Source: Candidatus Saccharimonadota bacterium (GTDB lineage: Archaea > Micrarchaeota > Micrarchaeia > Micrarchaeales > Micrarchaeaceae). From it: a stretch of DNA of 32,000 nucleotides. Within the stretch, counting starts at the first letter, position 1. The number at the start of each line of letters is the position of its first letter. The position numbers were made by a program, and so were the translations under genes. Positions 9,007-16,757 of the stretch are shown here, one piece after another. The notes below the pieces were generated by a model. It ran no database searches, was not told where the DNA came from, and was given only the letters and a program-made list of their open reading frames with translations. The DNA is taken from contig AP024486.1 in assembly GCA_021654395.1 (NCBI GenBank), positions 150,001-182,000 of the forward strand. Reading direction: 5' to 3'.

Positions 9007-9693
9007 ATGGAAGAGAAAAAGAAAAAAGAGGTTGTTGAAACAGATAATGAAAGAGCAGATACAGATAAGAACATGTTAGTAAGTCAGAATGAGTATATAG
9101 AATCTGGAATATATATAGGATCTAGAGTTAAAGCCTCTAGGATGAAGAGATTCATATATAGAGTAAGGGATGATGGAATATACTTACTCAACATAGAAGA
9201 GATAGACAAAAGAATAAAAGCAGCAGCCAATATGATATCTAGATATAATGGCAGCGATATAGTTATAACTGCTTCAAGATTATATGCAATAAGCGCTGCT
9301 GAGAAGTTCGCTGAGATTATAGGTGCTAAGATCGTTAAAGATAGAGTAAATCCAGGAATATTTACAAATCCTAATAACAATATACTCTACTTAGAGCCAA
9401 AGCTAGTTATAATAAATGATACAAGAAATGAAAGACAAGCAGTAAGAGAGGCAAGTAAGATTAATGTTCCTATAATAGCATTATGTGATACAGATAACTC
9501 TATAAGCTATGTAGATCTTGTTATACCAGCAAACAACAGAGGAAAGAGGTCTTTAACTTTGATATACTACCTATTAGCAAGGGAGGTACTAAAGAATAAA
9601 GGATTAATAAAGAGCAACTCCGAGTTTAAGTACACGATATCTGACTTTGAAGGAAAGATAACTGCTACACAGAATCAGACAGATCAGCAGTAA
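9007..9693 (+). CDS. rps2: 30S ribosomal protein uS2
   Basis: 228 aa with archaeal S2 pattern ...YIESGIYIGS...RDDGIYLLNIEEIDKRI...PGIFTNP...IINDTRNERQAVREASKINVPIIALCDTDN...IPANNRGKRSL. GGTGAT (8998-9003) sits 3 nt before the ATG. Confidence 0.9.
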   Translation: MEEKKKKEVVETDNERADTDKNMLVSQNEYIESGIYIGSRVKASRMKRFIYRVRDDGIYLLNIEEIDKRIKAAANMISRYNGSDIVITASRLYAISAAEKFAEIIGAKIVKDRVNPGIFTNPNNNILYLEPKLVIINDTRNERQAVREASKINVPIIALCDTDNSISYVDLVIPANNRGKRSLTLIYYLLAREVLKNKGLIKSNSEFKYTISDFEGKITATQNQTDQQ

Positions 9694-9957
9694 CTCTTAT
9701 TCTTTTAGCTAAATTTACAGATTATCTAATGTTTTTAGAGAGCCTCTAATTTTAATCTATTATAGCTACTATCTCTAAATTTGCATAAGTAGATAATTAA
9801 CAAAAGCTATTGATGATTATATAAAGCTCTGAAGATTTAGATTTTTATAATGCTTCATATAGATTAGCCTAATTATAAGCTTATAATAGAGAGCTGGCTT
9901 TTAAGATCTTAAGTATCTATAATACCTTCTAAATACAATCTCTAACTGGGCGATATG

Positions 9958-9974
9958 AGAAAAGTTTATATATA
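9958..9974 (+). promoter_or_regulatory. putative 16S rRNA promoter (BRE-like purines plus TATA-like tttatatata)
   Basis: gagaaaagtttatatata lies about 60 nt upstream of the processing-stem arm and about 95 nt upstream of the mature 16S 5' end, in a 375-bp AT-rich spacer. The call is positional only. Confidence 0.35.
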
Positions 9975-10034
9975 TTTTTATCTCTAAATTCTATACAGCT
10001 TAGGTTTTATGAAGATCTCTTTAGAGAGATCGGA

Positions 10035-10055
10035 TAAGGCTTGATCTCTGCATAC
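10035..10055 (+). repeat. 5' arm of the 16S pre-rRNA processing stem
   Basis: taaggcttgatctctgcatac is perfectly complementary (21/21) to 12099-12119 and brackets the whole 16S gene. Confidence 0.85.
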
Positions 10056-10907
10056 ACCCCATATTTAGTTTCCAGTTGATGCCGCTGGAGGGCACTGCTA
10101 TGGGACTCCGACAGCCATGCAAGTCTATCCTGCACCTTTGCAGGATGGCGTACGGCTCAGTAACACGTGGCCAACTTACTGTATGGAGGTGGATAACCTC
10201 GGGAAACTGAGGGCAATCCGCCATAGCGTAAGGGCTCTGGAAGGACCCTTACGTGAAAACTGGCGCGAAATGGAGCGTACAGGCCATACAATAGGGCTGC
10301 GGCGGATCAGGTAGATGGCGGGGTAACGGCCCACCATGCCGATAACCCGTAGGGGCTGTGGGAGCATAAGCCCCGAGAGGTGGACTGAGACAAGGCCACC
10401 AGCGCTATGGCGTGCAGCAGGCGCGAAAACTTCGCAATGCGCGCAAGCGTGACGAGGGGAGTCCCAGTGGTCTATCCATCGTGATAGACCTTTTGCCAAG
10501 TCTAGTCAGCTTGGCGAATAAGTGCTGGGCAAAACCGGTGGCAGCCGCCACGGTAATACCGGTGGCACGAGTGGTGCCCACGTTTATTGGGCTTAAAGCG
10601 TCAGTAGCCGGCCCGAACCGTCTCACGTGAAATAGTGGCGCTCAACGTCACTGCTTGCGTGAGATACCTTCGGGCTAGAGAGCGGGGGAGGTCAGGGGTA
10701 TTCGTGGGGGAGGGGTGAAATCCTGTAATCCCACGAAGACCAACGGTGGCGAAGGCGCCTGACCAAAACGCGTCTGACGGTGAGTGACGAAGGCTGGGAG
10801 AACGAAACGGATTCGATACCCGTGTAGCCCCAGCAGTAAATGATGCGGACTTTGGCGTTGCCAATATCACGGATGTTGGCAGTGCCGTAGCGAAAGCGGT
10901 AAGTCCG

Positions 10908-10940
<33 letters not shown>

Positions 10941-11123
10941 TAAAGCAATTGGCGGGGGAGCACACAAGGGGTGGATGCTGCGGTTTAATTGAATCTCACG
11001 TCGGAAACCTTACCTGGGGAGACGGCATGATGAAGGTCAGGCTGAAGACCTTACCAGAATCGCCGAGAGGTGGTGCATGGCGCTCGTCAGCTCGTGGTGT
11101 GAACTGTCCGGTTAAGTCCGGTA

Positions 11124-11645
11124 TATCAGTGAGTAGTTATGAAAGATATTATAGTTTATAGAGATAGAAGAGTAAGCTATCTGATACCATTTTACAGATA
11201 TAGATTTAATAAAGAGCTTTCAGCAATTACAGTAGAAGAGAAGAAAAGCGATAGCATAGTTGAAATTCTTATAAAAGCAGCCTATGCTTTGGAAAGCAAG
11301 ATAAAAGTAGAGCAGGACAAATCTAACAAAGATACCGTCATTATTATACTAAGAGACAAGAAGATACTGAAAGAGATACTAGACGCTGCAGATAATATAA
11401 ATAAGTTCTACAGAAAGCCAGATGCATATACAGCATACTATCTAAAAGGGCTTTATGAAGCAATAGGATCTAGAGAAGGAAGCAGATTGATATTCAAAGG
11501 AATAAAAGCAGATGATATACTGATACTAAGTAGAGTTGGATTAAAGCCTATTGAAAGAAAAGGTTATGCTTATATAAATAAAGTTAATGAATTCTTTGAT
11601 TTAGTTAACTCTTATGCTAATATCTGACTGCTCACTGATCCGGTA
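11124..11645 (+). mobile_element. archaeal-type (bulge-helix-bulge) rRNA intron carrying a LAGLIDADG-like ORF
   Basis: The conserved SSU string GTTAAGTCCGG-TAACGAGCGAGACCC is interrupted by 522 nt, and the 7-nt tccggta is present at both junctions (11117-11123 and 11639-11645). The fold is a central 4-bp helix ccgg(11118-11121)/ccgg(11640-11643) flanked by 3-nt bulges tat(11122-11124) and taa(11644-11646), then a 15-bp inner helix 11125-11139/11625-11639. The boundaries can slide within the 7-nt repeat. Confidence 0.85.
11139..11627 (+). CDS. intron-encoded LAGLIDADG-family homing-endonuclease-like protein, catalytic motifs degenerate
   Basis: 162 aa, AT-rich, lying entirely inside the intron. 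Residues 101-111 (YLKGLYEAIGS) match the second LAGLIDADG motif of I-DmoI (FIKGLYVAEGD) and are followed by a similar SRLIFKG...ILILSRVGL segment. The N-terminal motif is barely recognisable (DIIVYRD). Confidence 0.7.
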   Translation: MKDIIVYRDRRVSYLIPFYRYRFNKELSAITVEEKKSDSIVEILIKAAYALESKIKVEQDKSNKDTVIIILRDKKILKEILDAADNINKFYRKPDAYTAYYLKGLYEAIGSREGSRLIFKGIKADDILILSRVGLKPIERKGYAYINKVNEFFDLVNSYANI

Positions 11646-12098
11646 ACGAGCGAGACCCGTGCGGCTAGTTGCCATCACCATCAGGTGAGCACTCTAGCCG
11701 GATCGCCTCCGTTTAAGGAGGATGAAAGAACGGGCGACTGTGTTCGTCAGTATGCCCCGAATCCCCAGGGCTACACGCGTCATACAATGGTTAGCACAGT
11801 GGGACGCAACGCCGAAAGGCGAAGCAAATCCCTAAAGCTAACCTCAGTTCGGATTGAGGGCTGCAACTCGCCCTCATGAAGCTGGAATCCCTAGTAATCG
11901 CGTGTCACTATCGCGCGGTGAATCTGTCCCTGCTCCTTGCACACACTGCCCGGCAAGCCACCCAAGCGGAACTTTAATGACGTTGGTTCTCCGAGCCAAT
12001 GGAATTAAAGTTCTGTGAGGAGGGCTAAGCCGTAACAAGGTATCCGTAGGGGAACCTGCGGATAGATCACCTAAAGATAAATAGGCATCATAATTATA

Positions 12099-12119
12099 GT
12101 ATGCAGAGATCAAGCCTTA
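12099..12119 (+). repeat. 3' arm of the 16S pre-rRNA processing stem
   Basis: gtatgcagagatcaagcctta is the perfect reverse complement of 10035-10055. Confidence 0.85.
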
Positions 12120-12245
12120 CTAAGCTACTTTCTATATTCTTGAAATATCTCTTATGTAATATTCAAACTTTTTAGAATTAGCTGATTATGTTAAATCAAA
12201 TAAAAAGAATCTTAAGATTTATAAATAATATCAAATATTAAAGAA

Positions 12246-12956
12246 TTAGCTCTCTTTTATTGAGCTCTCAAATGACTGCTTATCGAACTCCTCTCTTATC
12301 TCTATACTCTCCTTTAGATCCTTTATTGTATTGAATACTAAAGATAGTGCTGCGTTCTTCTTATCAAAGTAGTCATGATCCTTCTTCTGATTCTTAGAGA
12401 AGCTTACAACTATCTTGTTACTATCTTTTTGCACAGAGTCTGGATATAGATTGAAAAGCTTAAAGATATTCTCAATCTTCTCTGCCAGATCTGTAAGCTC
12501 CTTAACTACTTTTATCTCGTATAGTAGCTTGTGGCCAGCTAGCTCTGGATTAGCATCAAGAACTACTCTACCAGAGTTTATGCTCTTTACTATAGCTATT
12601 ACTCCATTATCTAATCTTATTCTCATACCAACATAAGGATCCATGCCTTGCTTCTTAAACTCAGATAATGGCATTACAAATACGAGCTGCTCAGATCTCT
12701 CTCCAAATGCATCCTTCGGCTCTAGCTCTATCTTAACTGTAGTGTTTAGTGAAGCCTCTCTTAAAGCCTTATTTAAACCAGGAAGTACTAGAGGGCTTCC
12801 CACAATCATCAGATCTGGCTGATACCTCTTTTTCTCATCATATATATTTAACTCTTTAGCTTTATCTGCATTATTCGTATATAAGACCTTATTGTTATCT
12901 GTTAGATCCCAAGCTGTATACTCTACCATTAGAAATGCTCCGTCATTAAATGACAT
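12246..12956 (-). CDS. FKBP-type peptidyl-prolyl cis-trans isomerase, long archaeal type (FKBP domain with IF insert plus C-terminal domain)
   Basis: 236 aa. VGSPLVLPGLNKALREASLNTTVKIELEPKDAFGER, then an insert-in-flap segment, then VLDANPELAGHKLLYEIKVVKEL (compare the DxNHPLAGKxLxFxxxV signature). AGGTG lies 4 nt upstream of the ATG. Confidence 0.8.
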   Translation of the reverse strand: MSFNDGAFLMVEYTAWDLTDNNKVLYTNNADKAKELNIYDEKKRYQPDLMIVGSPLVLPGLNKALREASLNTTVKIELEPKDAFGERSEQLVFVMPLSEFKKQGMDPYVGMRIRLDNGVIAIVKSINSGRVVLDANPELAGHKLLYEIKVVKELTDLAEKIENIFKLFNLYPDSVQKDSNKIVVSFSKNQKKDHDYFDKKNAALSLVFNTIKDLKESIEIREEFDKQSFESSIKES

Positions 12957-13014
12957 GATAACACCTATAATCAGTTAAAATTATCAATCTTTATATAGCT
13001 TATTATTTATATAA

Positions 13015-13557
13015 ATGAGCTATATGCATAGAAAGACTATCATCTACATATTAATAATTATATTCATAGCTATAATATTTCTGGTTCCTATCTTTACTAA
13101 TGCGCCAACAAACACAACAACCACTACAGTAAGTAGCGGCAGCGCTAAGAAAGGAAGCTTAATAAAGATTATTGTGAATGCTTCAGTAAGTAATGTTTCT
13201 ATAGAGCTAAAGAACAGCTCCTATGTATTATCAATATTGAAGACTTTTAATCTTAGCCATACTGGCTCTGGAGGCTCAATATTGATTAATAATATCTCTT
13301 ATAGCTCTTATAAGAGGCTTCTATCATATAATAGCATAGATAGCAGTATAGACTATGTAAACTATACACTTAAGCTTCCTTCTAGAGTAAGCTATGGATC
13401 TAGCTATGCTTTGCCAATAATAGATATAGCTAATAATATAACTTACTATAGATCTAACTATCCTTTAATAAGCAGCAATACGGTAGAGCTTAACATGCTT
13501 GCAGTAGTTTATAATAATAGCATCGTTTACTATAATGTAACACTATATAAGCAGTGA
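13015..13557 (+). CDS. hypothetical N-terminally anchored, sequon-rich secreted protein
   Basis: 180 aa with signal anchor HRKTIIYILIIIFIAIIFLVPIF, a poly-Thr linker (NTTTTT) and multiple N-x-S/T sites. No recognisable domain. Confidence 0.5.
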   Translation: MSYMHRKTIIYILIIIFIAIIFLVPIFTNAPTNTTTTTVSSGSAKKGSLIKIIVNASVSNVSIELKNSSYVLSILKTFNLSHTGSGGSILINNISYSSYKRLLSYNSIDSSIDYVNYTLKLPSRVSYGSSYALPIIDIANNITYYRSNYPLISSNTVELNMLAVVYNNSIVYYNVTLYKQ

Positions 13558-13563
13558 TTATTT

Positions 13564-15270
13564 ATGCAAAACCTTGAAGAAGAGATCTTTAAGCAAGCAG
13601 TAAGGAATGCTTATGAACATAATGGTAAAGCAGACCCAAATGCTGTGCTTGGTAAGGTCTTAAAGGCATTCCCAGATTATAAAAGCAGAATACAGGAGTT
13701 AAGAGCTGCTATAAATGATGTAGTAAGCAGAGTCAACTCGATGAGTCCAGAAGATCTAAAAGAGAGCTATAACAGATACGCTGATGAATTTAATAGACAT
13801 TATCAAGAGATTCAAGAAAAGACATCTAAGCCGAATCTAAATATAGAAGGTGCAGAGTATGGAAAGGTTGTAACAAGATTCGCACCATCTCCTAATGGAT
13901 TTATGCATATAGGGCATGCTAAGGTTGCATTCCTATCAAATGAAGTTAAGAGCATCTATAATGGTAAGATCTACTTGTACTTTGATGATACAAATCCTGA
14001 AAAGGATAAGCAGGAGTTTGTAGATCAGTTCCTTAGGGATCTAGACTGGCTTGGATTAAAGTTCGATGATATCTACTTCGCAAGTGATAATATTGAGAGA
14101 ATATATGAGCTTGCTAAGCAGCTTATATCTGTTGGCAAGGCGTATGTATGCTTATGTACACCAGATACTATAAAGAGGAATAGAAAGGAAGGATTAGAGT
14201 GTGAGCATAGAGAGCAATCTGTAGAGGAGAATCAGAGACTATTCCAGATGATGCTTGATAAGAGGTTTAAAGAGCATGAGGCAGTCTTAAGATTCAAAGG
14301 AGATATGAAAGATCCTAATACTGTAATGAGAGATCCGACTCTAGCTAGGATAAAGTATGTTAATCATTATAGACATAAAGATAGATACGCTGTTTGGCCC
14401 ACATATGATCTAAACACACCAGTAAATGATTCTATTCACGGAATAACAGATGTTATAAGAAGTAAGGAGTATGAGCTAAGAGATCGTTTAGATACAGAGA
14501 TACTAAAGGCTCTAGGCTTAAATGTGCCTAGAATACACAGCGAGTCTAGGCTAGTTATAAAGAATAATATAACGCATAAAAGGCTGCTTAATAAGCTTTT
14601 ACATGAGAAGCTAATTAAAGGGTTAGATGATCCCAGATTGGTAACTATAGCTGGCTTAAGGAATCGCGGAGTAAGACCAGAGGCTATAAAGGATTTTGTA
14701 CTTAGATTTGGATTTAGTAAGACAGACTCTGTAGTTGATATAGGTATGCTTCTATCATATAATAAGAGATATATAGATGATACTGCTAAGAGACTAATCG
14801 GCTTCGAGAATCCTATAAAGCTGAAGCTGAACTTTGACATTAATAATCCTATAAGAGCAGATCTGCATCCAAGTAGAGATATTGGCTATAGAGAGCTCTA
14901 TATAAAAGACAGCGCCATATACATAAATAAGGATGAGTTTTCTGGCCCTGGTGTATACAAGCTAAGATTTATAGGAAATATAAAGATAAAGGAGGAGAAT
15001 GGGGCTCTCTCAGCAGATATAACTAACAGCAAAGCAGATAGAGTGCTACATTGGCTGCCATCATTAGATAGAGCTATAAAGGTTGCATATGTAAAGGATC
15101 CTTTGAAAGACGGTGTCTTTGATAATCAGAGTATAGAGGTAAAGAGACTATATGTAGAGCCATATGAAGAGAAGATCGAGATTAATGAGTATATACAGCT
15201 AGAGGGCCAAGGCTTCTTCTATAGAAACAGCTACTATGAAGATGAGAGGTATATATTCATAAGTAAGTAG
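13564..15270 (+). CDS. gltX: glutamyl-tRNA synthetase (archaeal/eukaryotic GluRS-GlnRS type)
   Basis: 568 aa. Class I HIGH region RFAPSPNGFMHIGHAK, then YLYFDDTNPEK, WPTYDLNTPVNDSIHGITDVIRSKEY, and a C-terminal beta-barrel anticodon-binding part. AGTGAT lies 5 nt upstream of the ATG. Confidence 0.9.
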   Translation: MQNLEEEIFKQAVRNAYEHNGKADPNAVLGKVLKAFPDYKSRIQELRAAINDVVSRVNSMSPEDLKESYNRYADEFNRHYQEIQEKTSKPNLNIEGAEYGKVVTRFAPSPNGFMHIGHAKVAFLSNEVKSIYNGKIYLYFDDTNPEKDKQEFVDQFLRDLDWLGLKFDDIYFASDNIERIYELAKQLISVGKAYVCLCTPDTIKRNRKEGLECEHREQSVEENQRLFQMMLDKRFKEHEAVLRFKGDMKDPNTVMRDPTLARIKYVNHYRHKDRYAVWPTYDLNTPVNDSIHGITDVIRSKEYELRDRLDTEILKALGLNVPRIHSESRLVIKNNITHKRLLNKLLHEKLIKGLDDPRLVTIAGLRNRGVRPEAIKDFVLRFGFSKTDSVVDIGMLLSYNKRYIDDTAKRLIGFENPIKLKLNFDINNPIRADLHPSRDIGYRELYIKDSAIYINKDEFSGPGVYKLRFIGNIKIKEENGALSADITNSKADRVLHWLPSLDRAIKVAYVKDPLKDGVFDNQSIEVKRLYVEPYEEKIEINEYIQLEGQGFFYRNSYYEDERYIFISK

Positions 15271-16036
15271 ATCTATACTCTGCTATCATCGACTCTATCT
15301 TCTCTATATCAGAGCTGCTTCCAATATCCTTATATACTTTAAAAAGCTTATCTGCCTGATCTATGCGCTCCTGCTTTATAAGCGCTATTATATTATAGAA
15401 GATTCCATTAAGTGAGCCTGCTGAGAATATCCACTCTGATAGGTTTGCGAGATCCTTCTTATCTCCATTAGTAAGATCTAATAACATCTTGAGATAGCTC
15501 TTTAAGAATATATCATCTATCTTATTACTGTAGTATCTAACTGCTGTAAGATTATTAAGCTTGAAGTATGCAATCGCCTTCTTATACATAGCTAGATCTG
15601 ATGCGTCATCTACGCTTTCTATAAATCTTATTATATCGGCTTTAGCTAGAGCGTAAAGCTTAGTTGCCTCTAATCTAAGCTTAGCATTCTCTTCCATGAA
15701 TCCTTCCTTAGAGTAAGCTATCCTTTTAAGATATATATTAGAAAGCTTTATCTCAAGCAATGCCTTTATGTACAAAGCTTTTATATCCTTAGATGAGCTA
15801 TATAAAGACTCTAGCTCTCCTAGCCTTTTTAATATCTTATCCTCTTCTTCTATATCTAAAGCACCTTTAACAATGCTTTGATAAGAATCAGATATCTGCT
15901 CTTTTGTATAAGGCATCTCACATCTATTGCATATAGCTTTATTCTCATCTATTACATAGTAGCTAGAGCAGCAGAAGCTACATATTACAGTATGTGCATT
16001 ATTAATATATGTCTTAACTCTATCTGCTGTTATCAT
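15257..16036 (-). CDS. hypothetical zinc-ribbon plus all-helical (TPR-like) protein, co-oriented 3 nt downstream of fibrillarin
   Basis: 259 aa with an N-terminal CSFC-x14-CNRC ribbon. The rest is helical repeats rich in A/K/L/Y. Its 3' end overlaps the convergent gltX by 14 nt. Confidence 0.55.
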   Translation of the reverse strand: MITADRVKTYINNAHTVICSFCCSSYYVIDENKAICNRCEMPYTKEQISDSYQSIVKGALDIEEEDKILKRLGELESLYSSSKDIKALYIKALLEIKLSNIYLKRIAYSKEGFMEENAKLRLEATKLYALAKADIIRFIESVDDASDLAMYKKAIAYFKLNNLTAVRYYSNKIDDIFLKSYLKMLLDLTNGDKKDLANLSEWIFSAGSLNGIFYNIIALIKQERIDQADKLFKVYKDIGSSSDIEKIESMIAEYRSTYL

Positions 16037-16038
16037 AT

Positions 16039-16719
16039 CTATCTCTTCTGTAAAACAGTAAACAGATGCTTAGAATCATAAGGCTCTAGATCTATCCTCT
16101 CCTTAATTGTATATACATCATCTAACTGCATCAGTATGCTTTTGTATATCTCTTCTGGCTTAGCTCTGCTAGTTATATTCTGAGACTTTATAATAAAGTA
16201 AGCTATCCCGTTTGGCTTAAGGAATATGGAGTTCTTCTTTAGTATAGATAGCTGATCTCTAGAAGATACATCCTGATATAGAATATCTACATGCTCCTGT
16301 ATCTTATCTAGATAGCTTTCTGGGTATCTAGCATCTGCAACAATCGGAATTATATTTCTTCTAGACTCTGCAAGCTTTAGTAGCTTTATGGCATTCCTCT
16401 CAGAGTACTCTATAGCATATACTATACCATTATCTTCAACGATATCACTTACATGACTAACAGTTGTGCCAGTTGCTGCCCCTATATAAAGAACCTTTGA
16501 GCCGTTCTTTATCGCAAAGCTCTTTAGGCCATTCATTATAGCTGCAGATAGCTTGCTTCTATATGGATTCCAGCTTCTTAGCTCCATACCAGAAAGCTTA
16601 ACCATCTGCTCATCATATACCCTAACTCCAGGTACAAGATTCTTTGTATATATGCTCTTACCGAGCTTATATACTCCTTTAAACAGCTCTCTTATCTGAT
16701 CCTCCATATCAATATACAC
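16039..16719 (-). CDS. flpA: fibrillarin-like rRNA/tRNA 2'-O-methyltransferase
   Basis: ELRSWNPYRSKLSAAIMNGL, SAM-binding VLYIGAATGTTVSHVSDIV, YAIEYSERN, NIIPIVADARYPESY, VDILYQDVS. The track start at 16719 is a GTG; the ATG at 16707 (MEDQIRELFKGVY...) is an equally plausible start. Confidence 0.92.
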   Translation of the reverse strand: MYIDMEDQIRELFKGVYKLGKSIYTKNLVPGVRVYDEQMVKLSGMELRSWNPYRSKLSAAIMNGLKSFAIKNGSKVLYIGAATGTTVSHVSDIVEDNGIVYAIEYSERNAIKLLKLAESRRNIIPIVADARYPESYLDKIQEHVDILYQDVSSRDQLSILKKNSIFLKPNGIAYFIIKSQNITSRAKPEEIYKSILMQLDDVYTIKERIDLEPYDSKHLFTVLQKR

Positions 16720-16757
16720 AATTAGTTTTAATTAGGTTAATTAATATTTAATTAATT

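Noticed and set aside
9810-9832. Half C/D-box motif in the 16S upstream spacer (TTGATGA-N12-CTGA)
   Set aside because: Only one box pair is present, the C box starts with U rather than a purine, and no C'/D' or second CTGA follows. By a rough base-composition estimate one such half-motif is not unexpected by chance in this much AT-rich sequence.
15257-16036. Considered whether the ORF next to fibrillarin is a divergent Nop5
   Set aside because: It is on the wrong side (downstream rather than upstream) and has no Nop-domain or coiled-coil pattern. It has a zinc ribbon instead.
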